Shown piece after piece: positions 128,186 to 143,314 of a stretch of DNA of 248,000 bases. This DNA is from Octopus vulgaris (taxonomy: Eukaryota). Numbering within the stretch: position 1 is the first letter of the stretch; every line of letters begins with the position of its first letter. The stretch spans positions 87,812,001-88,060,000 of the forward strand of contig OX597817.1 of the NCBI GenBank assembly GCA_951406725.2, given 5' to 3'. The notes beneath the pieces are model-generated. The model worked only from the letters and a program-made list of their open reading frames with translations. It had not been told where the DNA came from and searched no databases. The position numbers were made by a program, and so were the translations under genes.

Positions 128186-129660
128186 TTATGAACCTTTCGG
128201 AATGATAGACGACTGAGATATGTGGCACATTGCTGAACTTGAGAAGACCTGCCCGCCACAAGAGAATTGAAATTTGAAAACCAAGGTACCCAAATACCTC
128301 TCTCACTCTCTCTCTCCCTTCCCAAATACAAACTTACAAAAGTGTAAGCTGAATATCAACCACAGAAGACTAGGTGAGCTTGCTTCTCTTCCTTATGCAA
128401 AAAAATTATGTTTTTGAAAATAATCTAATCATGAACCTGGTTCCAACAGTTGATGTAAATGTCTGAATTTGAGGAATCACTAACTGTTGCATCATCAATG
128501 TTGTGATGTTAAATTGCTTAAAAAAGAATTTCATTGTGTCAGAAAAGTTATATCTAACAGATATTTTTTTTATCTTCAAAAACCATTCATACCAACATTT
128601 TCTTACATTTTTATTTTGTTGGAAATTTGTCTGTTGTAATGTAAAATTTTAAATAGCTAAGAAACTTCTCTTTCAATCATCAATGATCTAAAAATGGTGA
128701 AAAAACATAGTTAAGTGCAAGTAAAAAGAAATATGACAAAAGTTGTATAGCTAAATCTAGCCAAAGGGAAATTTATATTATTGTTCAGAAATATTACCAA
128801 ATGTAAAAAAGGAAAATATTTGCACCAACCATTCATAAAACACATTACAGACACCAATCTATTGTTAGTACTGAAAAAAATAAATGTGAAAATGTTGAGA
128901 AATTTGTCAGATGTAACATTTGTCAAAGAAGTCAATGCTTTAATACTTCTGAGACACACAACAATCCAGTTAAATATGGATATGTTTTCTCTTTATGCAT
129001 TTTTCATGAACTTGGCACTGTTTAATAATTGCTGGTTCAACTCCAACAAAATTTGAAGTCATGATTTAAAAACAGTTTTCTTAGCAGTCATCCAAAACAA
129101 TGTATTACATGACCATGAAAAAGGAAAACTCTGTTGCTGTTGCAGTTGTTGTTGTGTGCTGATGCCATTGTTTTTGCTGCTGCTGCTGCAGTTGTTTAAC
129201 CCCAAGTTAACCTTCATTGGGCAAACTTAGGACCACATGTATCCCAGCCATGAGCTCCCTATCTTTTTCTTGTCACAATGTACCCAAGATATCATTATCC
129301 AATCCTTAACACAATAGAATGTGACTTGAGGGACATATAGCTGCTATTTCATGCCGGTCAATCATAGAGGTTCTCTCATTGGCCCATTAAAAAAAAATCT
129401 GGTATTGGTTTGTTTTTTTTTCGCAGCTTGCCAACTATTTTTTTATTCTTTTCTTTTGCTCTTTTACTTGTTTCAGTCATTTGACTGCAACCATGCTGGA
129501 GCACCACCCTTGAAGGGTTATAGTTGAACAAATCGACCCCTGGACTTAATTCTTAATACTTATTCTATGTCTTGTTTTTGCTGAACTGCTAAGTTACAGG
129601 GATGTAGACACACCAACACTGGTTGTCAAGCAGTGATGGGAGGACAAACACAGACACAAA

Positions 129661-129703
<43 letters not shown>

Positions 129704-131970
129704 GATGGGTTTCTTTCAGTTTCTGTCTACCAAATCTAAGGCTATAGTAGAAGACACTTGCCCAAGGTTCCATGCAGTGGGACTGAACTCGGAACCATGT
129801 AGTTGAGAAGCAAGTTTCTTATTACACAGCCACACCTGCATCTTTCTTTTATCTTATTTTAATGATTTTTCAACCATATTGTTTTATGAATTTGGTATCT
129901 CATTTTTTAAGATTGAGAGGATTTATTCCAGAAGTTTGTATGCAACATTAGCAGTTTACAGATTTTTGAAAGATGTGAATGTCTCGTCAATGTATGAATG
130001 TCTTCTCAATATGTGTCTCAATGTTAGTATATGGGTGTCTCATTATCAATGTATAAGTGGCTCAACATCAATATATAAATGTCTCATTGTCAAGATATGG
130101 GTGTCTAAATGTCAAGGCATAGGTTTCTCAGTTTCAAAATACGTTTCTTTATGAGCGTCTCAATACAAGAGTCTCTATGTCAATGTATATGAGTGTCTCA
130201 TTGTCAATATATGTGTCTCAATACATGAGTGTTTCATTGTCAATAAATGTCTTGTCAGAATATATGAGAGTCTTAGGCAGTGAGCTGGTTGGATCATTAG
130301 TGTGCCAGGCAAAATGCTTAGCAGCATTTTGTCCATTTTTACGTTCTGGGTCCAAATTCCACCAAGGTTGATTATGCCTTTCATCCTTTTGGAGTAGATA
130401 AAATAAGACCCCAGTTGAGCACTGGAGTCAATGTAATTAATGTAACCCTTCCCCCAAAGTTGCTGGCCTTGTGTCAGAATTTGAAACCAATATATATGAG
130501 AGTCTCATTATTAATATATGAGTGTCTCTTCAATGCATGAATGTCTCATTGCCAATATATATGAATGTTTTATTGTGGGTGTCCTGCTGTGAAGAGTTAT
130601 GTATGTAAACACATTCATAGAAACAGTATGAAGTTATTTCATTAATAACTCTATGACTGTGTGCAGTCAGTCAGAAAGGTTTTCATTAAGATAACCAACT
130701 GTACAGAAAGACACTCTAATATGAAACCTGTAAATGGTTGGCATCACTAATGTTCTGCTTCTATTACCGTTAAATGCTATTTCTTTCTCACAAACATCAT
130801 TTACATTCCGTACATTGTCTCTGTAATTGATAACAAATCACTGAGGTATTACAATGACTTCATTGTTTTATTACATGTGCAAAATTTTACAGAATGTTTA
130901 TCACCTTATAGAAACCAATGAACTGTCTTCTGAAATTCCAGCAGAGCAAAATAGCCATTACACTGGTAATAATCAATATTACAATGATCACCAGTAATAA
131001 TCAATATGATAATAGTGGTTTTCTTCACTAGTGACAGATGAGATTATTTTATTTATGGGCTAAATATTGGTGGAATAAATAATTAGATAAGCTACTGAAG
131101 AGCTGGCACACAGGTCAGTTATCTGTATTCTATAGTCATTATTGCATTGTATCTATGGTTAATTGCTTGTTCCACCTAACTCTATATATGGATCCAAATT
131201 TATACTTAGGACACCCCAACCCTTCAAATTTGCAGGCCCAATAAATCAAAAGAGGGCTCAGTTGTTTTAAAATTTTTTATTGGATTAAAAAAAATTTAAA
131301 CAAGTAAAAAAAATAATTTTTACAAATTATTTGTTTGGTTGCTGTAAATACATTTTTCAAATTTTTAATTCTAAGTTTTAGACTTCTCTGAGTTAGAGGT
131401 CCATGGCCCATATCAATCCATACTTAAATCTGGACCTGTGTATATATGATTACCAGAGACTGGTCATTATTAGCCTGGGGTAATTATACATACAGTTAGG
131501 TGGAGCAAGCAGCAGCATTGTAGAAATGCTTTTTGTTGTCTCTCTTGTATTTAAAACAATATGACCAGAACTAAGTAGCAACTGCCATGCAGTCTGGGGC
131601 TTCATGAAAGGACACAGGGTTGATGTTAGTACATGTATATGTTTGTATGCATCTATAAACATATGGTGTTGCTGTCGGTGTTGCTGTCAGTTCTCCTGTC
131701 AACAAATTATCTGCTCACTTCATGCCTTTGAAACCACATAGAATATAAGATTCCTTGCTTGAAAAACTGATAAAGTTAGTGACAGGAGAGGCATCTAGCT
131801 GTAAAACTGACATATTCATATAACCCATGCTAGTGTGGAAAAAGTGACATAAAAAAAAGAAGATAATGTGTATGTGTGTGTGCACACGTGCATGCATGTA
131901 TTTATGTACAGATATATCATAGCAAAGCTTCTAATTTTACTGCTGTCCTATCTTTTCTTTTCACTGCCAG

Positions 131971-132059
131971 GAGCTCATTGATCGAATAGTTCTAATTGAC
132001 AGTTCAGCAAAAATTCATTCATTATTCAACTACGATGAATCCCATATTTTTGGATTACG
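131971..132059 (+). CDS. TBC1D32: TBC1D32 exon
   Basis: tgccag/gtcagt; [29 protein letters not shown](R); phase 0-2. Confidence 0.92.
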
Positions 132060-135000
132060 GTCAGTGCCTTTCATTTCCTATCAATAAGTTGTAAAATATT
132101 TCTCATGTGAAATACATGAAATTGAAACAGCGTGAAGTTATGTTGTTATCAATGCTGTCAATAACCTACTTTTAGTAATTCTGTTTGATAATGTGTGATG
132201 TGATAGTCACAGAGAGCCAATGTTGCAATGTTTGTGTTATAAAAGAAAAAATCCCAAACAAACATTGCAGCATTCTTCAGTTTGAAGAACTTTCCTTCAA
132301 TTAACAATATTAACAGCTGGTAACTCTGCTACAAACTTGTTTATAGCAGGGTTGCCAAAAGATATTAGTTTTCTATTATAATTTATCAAATGAAAACATT
132401 ACAACAGAGTTGTTCCAAATTATTTACTTTGTTTTAGTAAAGTATTCATCATATCAGTTCACAAAGAAGTCATTCTATAACCACAAAGATATTGAATATA
132501 AAACTTTAATATATCAAACCATAATGTACATATAGTTAATATTATAGCATCAATATTTATAAAGACTTTCCTCAACAAAAGCACCCAGCTATTTTAACTC
132601 ATAGTTGTTATATAAAATATTCACAAATATGACAAATTTCATTCAATAGCCAGCTATGTTAATAGTCAAGTCACTAGTGTGCAGTTTATATCCCATCAAC
132701 TGATCATGCTTATTTGATTGGAAATTCGTAAATTACTGCATATATGAAGTATAAAAGTTTTCAGCCTCTGATCAGCCCTGGTAGAGCAAATTTATTATCA
132801 AGGGTATTTCAAGCATGACCAGTGCATCTTTTATAAATGTAATTTATATTCTCCCCTCTCTGTCTCTACTGTCAGTATAGCAGTAGTTGAAGATACTTGC
132901 ACACAACTGAGTGAATTTTCTCTGCTGTTTTCATTGCAGATGTTACTAAAATAAATAAGGTAAACAGATTCTAATGTTTTTCATCAGACTCTGTTTATAA
133001 AATTTTGAAACACTCTCAGTAAAAAATAAATTAGTATATAATTTATCTTGAACACCAGTATGAAATGTATGCACCCTTTTTGGAACACTTAGGATAGATC
133101 TAGTTGTTATTTGTTGCTGGTGAAGGGATTGGGCAACATGTGGATCACAGACTTTCTCAATGGCATATCTAATTAAAGATTACCTTGAATGTTTTTAGTA
133201 GTGTTGCCAATGTGATGATGAGCCATGTCTCATGTGGTCCTCTTCTCAAAAAAGGTTGCCTATGTTTGGTGTAGCGGCTTCTTTATCAGCTGGTTGGAAT
133301 AAAGAAATTTAATAAGGTATTGCTAAAAATTAACCACCAATCTGAATCAGTGCCAATGTTTATGAAAGTTACTGTTAAAACTAATTGTAAAATAATTCAT
133401 TTTTTATTAGACATTTTCATTGGTATAATTCAATGAAATTCAAATTAATTCTATCAAAGTATTGGAATTTTGCAATGTGAATACATAATCTAGAATGAAT
133501 GTTTGTTTATTTGAAATAGATATTTTAATGAAATGTATTGGTTTCCTTTTTAGACTAAAACTAAGGCATATTTTTATAATCAAAAAATATCTATGATATA
133601 GAAATCAATGTGTTGGATTGGCCAAAAAGTTTGTTCGTTTTTTGCCTTTGTACCTGCATACTTGTTAGATACCTGTCCCTGTTTGCTTTTTCTCTTTGTG
133701 CATGCTTTTGTTAGATACCTGCCACACTAACATAGTTCAACATGAAGTTGCAACAAGATAGGTTGTGTTTTGTCCTGAAAATGGACAACCAAAATAAACA
133801 TTATCAACACCTCATGCTTTTTTGTTTTAAAATGTCAAGAAAAGAGCAGAGACTTGCAGGAAGATGTGTTCTGTGTATGGATAGGATGCTGTTATGGAAC
133901 ATGTGTGCCAAAGTGGTTTTCAAGATTTTGATCAGGAAATTTTTCAGTTCAAGATGCACCTTGGTCTGACCAGCCAACCAAAATTAACAGCAACAAAGTG
134001 AAGTTAGTTAAGACCTACCTCTATTATGATCAGGATAAGCTCAGATATTTTCCCAGTATCAAATCAAATTCTGAAAACCTCTGAAGAGGATGTACAAGTT
134101 CATATGGAAGAGTTCTTCACCAGTAAAAACAGGAAATTCTTTGCAGAAGATATTGATGCTAAATGAAATTGCAGAAGATGCTGAAGCTGAACAGCAATTA
134201 TATCACTGATTGAACGAATAAATTGTTTAAAACATATCTTATTTCCCCTTAAAAATGTAAACAAAGTTATTGACTACCATTTCTTACTGCAGTTACTAGT
134301 TAAGCATTCTATGCTTTGAAAGATAAACTAAATGGATAACTAAATTCTCAAATCAGTTGAAACAAGTTTAAATATAAATCATTGTTATTTTAGAATAAAA
134401 CATATGATTCCACTGTCTTGTTTAGTTATGAACATGAGTGAATTGAAAATAAAGATTGACACAGTTTTTAAGTAATTTCTGTTTTAGTAAATCAACTTAT
134501 GATAACTTATGCTATTAAAAGAAATCATTACTAAAAATGAAGTTGAATTTAAAAGGTTTTATATAACTACTTTTCATTAAAACTTATTAGAACTTAATTA
134601 TTTTTATTAAAAAATGTTAAACTATAGCTTGCAATTAATGTCATTTCAAATTATATTTTGGATCACTATTTTAACTACTAATTAAAACTGAAGATTCAAT
134701 AATATAAAAAAGTCATCTATTCTATGTATTGAAACTAATATTCTGTGAATATCATTCCCCCATATTTAGCAAATTGAAAGAATTAAAAAGGAAGATAAAC
134801 TGGAGCATATATTCATATTTGTACTGTTGATGTATTAAATGACTTTCAGCTAAAAGAAAATGAGGATGAGAAGGAACAGTGAAAGTGAATAAGAGATCAT
134901 TGCAATATAAAGAAGTAGAACATTTTGTACAAATTTCATAATGCTCAAACATTTGAGGCAGAGTTTACCAACAAGAATTCCCTGAAAACATTCACCTTTC

Positions 135001-136190
135001 TATTTGTTTAGAATCACAATGAGTCTATCAAATATTTGATGAACTACTTGAGGCTTAATGTACTTTGTTGCTTCCACTTTTCTCAATACCAGAACTAATT
135101 ACACTAAAATATTTGATTATTAATCACAGTGAACATTTAATATTTTCCTTTTTAGGAAGGATTACTTCATTAAATACAAAACACGTTTATTGAATTCTAA
135201 AATAAAATTATCAACATTGACAATAGCTGTTTGTCAAATAAAGGTAGGGAGTGTATATTCCTTCATTTTAACTGAATCCCTGTGTAGGAATGTGGCTGTA
135301 GTTTTATAAACTGAAATTTTCCAATAATCATTAATAACTAAAAAAAAAAAAAAAGAGAGAAATCATTAAAAAATCTAGTGTTGTAAAATTTCTCAAGAGA
135401 AAGGCATTCTTTTAATTAAATATATTTTATATTTTTTGTTTCTTGCAATAATTTTTAAGAGTATTTCTTTGATTTCTTAATTGTGCAATCCAATCTTCAG
135501 AGGAGATTTGGTCAAGGCTCATAATTAGAAGAACCTTTTTGCTCTTCTTTAATTAAGCTTTCTCTAATTATTTATTTCCTGAACTGATGATAGAATTCAA
135601 CAATTTCCCTCATTTAAAGTCTGATTGCAATGAAATGTCAGTTCTTCAAAATTACATTATTTTCTGAATAATTTAATGTTTTATTACCTTCACTTTTCTT
135701 ACTAAATAGCTCATTTGTTGAATGTCGTAGTCTTTTCGGGGATTTTTTCCTGAAAATGCCATTCCATCAATTCAAAGATTTAAGCATTGTTTTCCATGGT
135801 TTACACATTTTAGAAAGACCTGCTTCCATATTTTAAGTCGGACTATTTTACTTTACTTTCTTAAATCTGTTAATAGGGAATATTTATCTTGTTTATGGAT
135901 ACAGATCAAATTTATATGAACAAAAGACAAACAAAAATGACAGTTTCTCTCTTAAAAGATAATAATACATTCAGATTTCTTCATCCAATTTGCTTAATTT
136001 CGTGAGTTTATTGTGTACAAGATATAGACAATAGCTTGTTTGGAACATTGGTAATTGTTTGTCACAGATTCAGATATTTGAATGTATAGTGATGAAGAAT
136101 TATAAGTTAAAGACTGATAAGTAGATAAAATATCAAAATACTGTGTGTGTGTGTATACATACACATATGTATGTATATATATATATATAC

Positions 136191-136293
<103 letters not shown>

Positions 136294-137180
136294 TACATAC
136301 ATACACATATTTATATATATATATACGCATACACACACACATATATATGCAAACAGTGAAGTATAAACTGTTTACACATATAACCATTGTGAAAATTGTA
136401 TTTGATTTCAACATTAATGTTGTGTTATGCACTCACCATCAACTCTGGCAGAACTAACAATATGGTAACTAGTTTCAGTAACTGTTTAAGGCCAGTTCTT
136501 AGGCCTTTCACTCAAGGTATACAGCTCTAAGTTGTCTAGTTTGTTAGTTTGTATCTGACTCAATTGATGGATGTTCTAGTGATAATTTTTATTATAGAGC
136601 AAGACTTTAAAATATCTAACCTCCATTTTAACAGTAGAATGCTTATTAAGCAGATTGCATGACTACACTGAAGATCTCTCATTAGAAAGTGTGCGTAAAT
136701 ATAAGTGGACTAGAGCTATAAATTTCTATCACTCTTCTTTTCAATCAGTTCAATATTTTTATCACTGATCCTCTCAAATGAAGTGCTTAATACTGTAGAA
136801 CTAACTAAAATAACTAACTAAAATATCAGCCCAAATATTACCATGTGTATGACCACAGTCTTTATTCCATTCTATGGTGGAACCACATGATGCCAAGAAA
136901 GAAAAACAATCATTTAAAATATTACAGTAAACTAACAATCTTCTCTGCAACCTCACAAATCAACTGTAATATGCAGAGAGTGTAAAAGAAATACTAAGAG
137001 AATAAATAAGATTTGAAGAAATCTACTCCAAATATTAAATTTCTTCAAATAATTCCAAGTATGTGTGTGTACGTGTTCTTTGTCATCCATCACAAAAATA
137101 TGTACTCACTTCTCATGTTCTCTATTACAATTGTTTATCATAGAATTCTGGCTAAAATCCATCTTGTATTCTAATTTTAG

Positions 137181-137294
137181 TTTTTTAAGTGATCTCATCT
137201 ATTCTTTGGATATCTGCCTCTTGTTGCAAGCTCAGTACCAATTCCAAGAACTGCTCCTTAAAGCCCAAGAACAACACACTTCACATAACAGCAG
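137181..137294 (+). CDS. TBC1D32: TBC1D32 exon
   Basis: ttttag/gtaatt; FLSDLIYSLDICLLLQAQYQFQELLLKAQEQHTSHNS; phase 2-2. Confidence 0.9.
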
Positions 137295-137368
137295 GTAATT
137301 CTATTTATATACACACATATACTCAGATAAATGTACATTTATACATTTATAAATATATACACACACAC

Positions 137369-137408
<40 letters not shown>

Positions 137409-138759
137409 GCAAACAGATATATCTGTACATACAAACATAGGCAGTTGTACACAAAAATACTTATGTGCATAACCAGATCTATACATATATACGTACATAG
137501 TCATATGAACACATATATATAAACACACATAGTTGTACATATATATATATATATACATCAATAAATTATATTTTAGTTAATATTTAGCTGAAGCCACAAA
137601 GTGATTCAAGGGCCAAGAGTTTCGTGATTTGGCAATAAGTGCCAATGCACAAAACTCTCAGCCCTTGTGTCACTCTGTTGTTTCTGTTAAATATTAATAA
137701 AAATATACATATGCTTATATTTTGAGTTCTATTTTTCCTAATTGCATCACCATACTTGTACATCATTAAATTATAAATAGTAATAATTTGAAAAATACAT
137801 AATGTAAATATGGCATTTTTAAAGTTTTTTTAAATATCATATATTTCTTAAATGATAATTCAAGATTATTTCTTAAATGATAATTCACGATTGTAAAATA
137901 ACAAAGAACCCACTGATGGTATTGAACCATAAATCACCTGTCTAGGACATGTGTATGTATGTAGTGCAGGTACTGAAGAAAACAGGATTAAATTCACTTT
138001 GTTTCTTAATTTGATTAAGTAAATATTCCATTTAATTGAGAGTAATGAATAAATGTTGTTGTTAGTTAAATGATTATAGATATTATTAGTATTATAATAA
138101 CATTGATTTTGCCAGGAGTGAGTGTGTGTGTGTGTGTGTGTGTCTGTATATCCGTATGTATGCGTGTTTCGATGTGCATGCATGTCTGTGTGTATGGTTG
138201 TATGAGTATGTCCATATGTATGTGTGTGTGTGAATATGTGTATGAATGTATGAGAGAGAGTGTATGCGTGGTTTTCATTCACTTCATGCAGTTAATCACA
138301 GTTAACCATTGTTGTTGTTGTTGTTTAAACCCCAGGTCAACCTTGATGGGACAGACCTGTGATTCAAGATTTTCAAGCTATGATCACCCTCTCATTTTCT
138401 GAGGTATAATGTATCTAGGACTATAATATTTAGCACGCACATACCTTCTTCTCTTTTAAAACTATAGGATATGGATGAAGGAGTACTTGGCCATATTTTC
138501 TTGTAGTTTCACTGACCATATAGAAATTCCCATAGTGGTTTGAGTGGTGATGGTGAGGAAGAAGAGGATGGTTTGTCAATTTACTGAATGTGGCAGAGAA
138601 ATACATGAGCATTATTAGTGGACTGTAATATTTTACCGACATGAACTAAAATAAATACCTCCTAACATCTATAGACTTCTATATAAGATGAAGGAATAAA
138701 AAAATTTGTAGTACATTCTGTATAAATCATTATTTAAGGTTTTCTTGTTTCCAATCTAG

Positions 138760-138868
138760 TACCATCATCATAGACATGATATCACTTGAGAGAAATTACA
138801 TTCTTGTCCAATCATATCTTGTTGGTGGACCAACCGAACGCCAGTTACCTCCTCGAACTCTTCAACAG
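138760..138868 (+). CDS. TBC1D32: TBC1D32 exon
   Basis: atctag/gtaaat; TIIIDMISLERNYILVQSYLVGGPTERQLPPRTLQQ; phase 2-0. Confidence 0.92.
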
Positions 138869-141112
138869 GTAAATGTTTTCTTTTAACCAACCTCAAAGCC
138901 ACTGTGGCCATGTTTTTAAGTGTTTTATTACTCATTACAGGATCATAATTTCTAGAGCTAATGTGTTTTGTTCCAAGGCAAAACACATTACTTTAATTGA
139001 CTCACACTATATATATAACTATCTGTGACTATTTATATATATATAACTCTGACTAATTATATATAATCATCATTGAAACTTTTCTATGACAGTATGATAA
139101 TATTTTTAATAGAACATTATCACTGATCACACTTTCAAACTTAAACAACAGCAATTAGACAACTCAAAGTTACAACAAATGCTAGACATCATTGTCACTG
139201 CATGTCTTCAGCATACCCAAGAAGGCAATATAAAGACTCACCTTCATGGTTTTCATTGCTTTCATAATCAGTAAAATTCTCCACCACACTACAGCTACTG
139301 ATAAAGTTCAAGTGATACTCACTCTATTAATACTGTATCTGCATTTTGGACAGTGCTACTGCTACTCTCACAGAGAGCCTTGACCATATCCAAAGAAAAA
139401 CCACTTGACTGACCTGTATGAAATCACTCCTCACTAACAGTCTTTAACTAACAGTCATGCTATGTTTTCTCTCTCTCTATATATATATATTATATATATA
139501 TATATATATATATTCGTGTGGCATCATCCGTTTTTCTGTCCTTGTTTCGTATACATTCGATCCTTTTTCCAAGAAATCTAATGCTCGTAGCTTAGTTTTT
139601 CCTTGGAGCTGGCCAGATCGGAGCGATCTCAAGATTAATCAGCCGAAATTGCGAGGATGATCTGGTTCTTGACTGAAGATTAGAGGCTTCGAATGACCCG
139701 TCTGTTTTTTGGGTCATCTATTTGAGTGTTTTGCGTTCTTGTCCCATTTTGTATTTATATATATATATATATATATGTAGTTGTGATACCCATGCCAGTG
139801 GAACATAAAAAGCACCATCTGAACGTGGCCGATGCCAGTGCTGCCTGACTGGCGTCCATGTCGGTGACACGTAAAAAGCACCAACCAATCGTGGCCATTT
139901 GCCAGCCTCCTCTGGACCCTGTGCCAGTGGCACATAAAAAGCACCCACTACACTTACGGAGTGGTTGGCATTAGCAAGGTCATCCAGCTGTAGAAACACT
140001 GGCAGATCAGACTGGAACCTGGCACAGCCTCCTGGCTTCCTAGGCCCCGGTCGAACTGTCCAACCCATGCTAGCATGGAAAATGGACGTTAAACGATGAT
140101 GATGATATATATCCTATTACTACTATAGTGACTTCTGCTCCTTGAGATTAACTGGTCTCATGTCCTCACTATGTTAACACTTACTCATCTTATCTCATCA
140201 TCCACATTGTATCCACCAACATTCATCTCTTGATTCTACACTAACCACTATACCCTGTCTTTCCTTTCCAAAATGTAGACCTCTAGAATTCACTCCTTGT
140301 TTTTTCTTGCAGTAACTCATTTTCAACTAAACAAAATAGATGTTAATCATCATTCTTGGAGTGCCCATGAAGGCCCTGAGCTCAAGGGCCTCTTTCCTAT
140401 ATGCCCATCACTAAGGAGATGCACTGGACAGCACTGATCCCTCACTATTCAATGGTGCATCTTCAAATTTCCTGTGGTACACATATTTTGAAAGTCTACT
140501 TTAACATTTTTACAAATTAGTGCCCACCCAGAATATTCTGAATCAACCCCAAGCACCAAAATCTATTAACAGGCTGCCTCGCAATCAAACAGATGTTGAA
140601 AACCCCAAAGTACTTGTGTTGTGTATTTGACCACCAATACAATTAATTAATCATGCCTCAGCTCAGTTCTCTACCAAATCATTTAGAAATATTAATTGAT
140701 TTAGTGTAGTCTTATGTCTTCTTCAACAGAACCATTTATATATTACTTGTTTAATGCTATAAAGCTAGAAATAAACACAGGTCATTTAAAAGCCCTATAA
140801 TAGACATTTACATATGTGTATATCTGCCATAAATTTACATTGGCCATGACCAAAAATATCCTATCAAATGCTTTGTTCAATCATCTACTTGTTTGTTACT
140901 CAAGCAGATATGACTGAAGCCAACAAAACATCAGTCACAATAATCCTGTTCATTCATTCATCCAATGTCTTCTATTTCTTTTATTTTTCCTAAGTTCTTA
141001 CACTGAAAACCTTTCTCTTTGGAAAAGTTTAAAAGATATTAAATATTTTTTTAAATCTGTTGATATAATTAGTGTTAGTTCATGTCTGATATTGTCTCTT
141101 GTTTACTTTCAG

Positions 141113-141209
141113 GATTCAGATAATGTTTACTCTTATCCTTTGTTTTCAAAATATCCTGTCCCAGATGTATACACACTTCCCATAACTAAGTCAACCCAGT
141201 TAAAAGATG
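141113..141209 (+). CDS. TBC1D32: TBC1D32 exon
   Basis: tttcag/gtaagt; DSDNVYSYPLFSKYPVPDVYTLPITKSTQLKD; phase 0-1. Confidence 0.88.
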
Positions 141210-143191
141210 GTAAGTCATATTCTGTTCATAACTTAGTATGAATAATATTAATATTTCAGTAGTCCAAGGTGGCAAGCTGGCAGAATCATTACTGCATCAG
141301 GCAAAATGTTTAGCAGTATTTTGTTTGCCTTTACATTCTGAGTTCAAATTCTGCCAAGGTCAATTTTGCCTTTTCATCCTTTCAGGGTCAATAAATGAAG
141401 TACCAGTTGAACATTAAGTGGGGGGGTCAATGTAATTAAATTACCCCTGCCCCCAAATTGCTGACCTTGTGCCAAATTTTGAAACCAGCATTTCAGTAGT
141501 CTTATTTTATTACACATTTTGACTGCACAGTCAGATGCAGCTCCATGCACTTTGGTTATACACAGTATTTTGTCTTCATGGTTTTTATTGCATTGAATCT
141601 GCTTTATTTGATATGTGAGTGTAACATTGCTAGTGGTACTGTTTTATGTATATTATGGTGGTTTCAGCCAGCATAATTCTTATCACAGAAGATCTGTGAA
141701 GAAATATTTTCACTTAATCTCTTGTTAATAAAAATAAGTATACTCTACATTCCTAAAGTATTGAGTCTTTTGTTTTGAATTGTGGATTGCCTATTATTTT
141801 GAATTGTGGATTGCCTTTTAAGCTAGTATATAGCTTTTAAGCAACTGACCCCAAATGAGAAGATCTGCAAACAGATATCTGACTTGTTTTGGAGAATTTG
141901 TTGCAATTGCTTCCTCCACAGTCATATCCCAATGATGATCATATTTGGTGCAAAAAATCATGCAACAAAAAAATCAATGAAAACAATCGCAGTAATGAAA
142001 ACATAGGAATCCAAAATTTCAGGATCACCGGTTCAGATTCAACCTGAAAAATTGTTATTGTATAAAAAAATTTGTTGCAAAAAGTCACGTTTTTGCAACA
142101 AATGTTTTTTGTATCTATAGTTCCAACTTTTGGCTCACCACACAGAATCCCAACTTGCTCCTTTCTGCAAATTGAACAAGCTATCTCGTGTTTGATTTCT
142201 GCTAAAACATTTACCATTGCTTGGTTTGTATTGAGGCCTTTCAATTCTAGGTGTTAGTGCCATGTTTGGAATTTCTTCTCAATTTTATTTTGCAAGATTC
142301 TGCAGAACATGTCATCAGCATACAGAAGTCCCCATTGATAATTAGTCATAAACTCCTGTTAAAGGCTTGAGAATTGTTATAACAAGAGGAGACTAAAAAG
142401 TCAGTTTTGATGGGCTCCTCTCTGCACGCTAATTCTTTGCAGAACTCATTGCTAACTCTCAACCTTGCTGACATTTCTGTTCCTGGCATCCATAGCTCTC
142501 ACAAACTATCTGCAACTAGTCGTTTTTTTCTAATAACCATCATCATCTTCATCATTTAATGTTCGTTTTCCATGCTGGTATGGGTTGGACAGTTTGACAG
142601 GAGCTGTCAAGGATCCAATTGTCTGTTTTGGCTGGATGACCTTCCTAATGCCAACCACTTTACAGAGTTTGCTGGGTGCTTTTTACATGCCACTGGCACA
142701 AGTGCATTTTACATGACATTGACACGTGCATTTTACCAGACCACAAATTGCGCTAAATTGCAAATGTCTTCTCCAGGCACATGGCTCAGTGGTTAGAGTG
142801 TCAAGCTTACAATCATGAGGTTGTGAGCTTGAATCCCGGACCAGGCTACGTGTTGTGTTCTTGAGCATGACACTTTATTTCACATTGCTCCAGTTCACTC
142901 AGCTGTAGAAATGAGTTGCAGTGACACAGGTGCCAAGCTGTATCGGCCATTGCCTTTCCCTTGAATAACACTGGCAGCGTAGAGAGAGGAGGCCAGTATG
143001 CATGGGTGACTACTGGTCTTCCATAAACAACCTTGCCCAGACTTGTGCCTGGGAGGGTAACGTTCTAGGTGCAATCCCATGGTCTGCTAAGAAGTTCCTC
143101 TGGATTTTTCTTATTAGAGAGTGTCAGTTACACTAAACTTCATCTCATCAAAACTAATTCTCTATCTAACCAGGTGCTCATTTAATTACAG

Positions 143192-143314
143192 ATCCTGACT
143201 TGCTAAAATTATTGCCCTGCCAAGATGGTCCACCTTCTATGGAATGGTTGACTGAAATGCAGGAAGTATTTTGCAATATTCTCTCTGCTAAACCTCAACA
143301 TACACAGCAGACTG
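143192..143314 (+). CDS. TBC1D32: TBC1D32 exon
   Basis: ttacag/gtgagt; PDLLKLLPCQDGPPSMEWLTEMQEVFCNILSAKPQHTQQT; phase 1-1. Confidence 0.85.

Noticed and set aside
139660-139715. CTGAAGA..GAAT..GTC hammerhead-like string (related copy ~229845-229890 on -)
   Set aside because: GAAT instead of GAAA and no convincing stem I or II pairing
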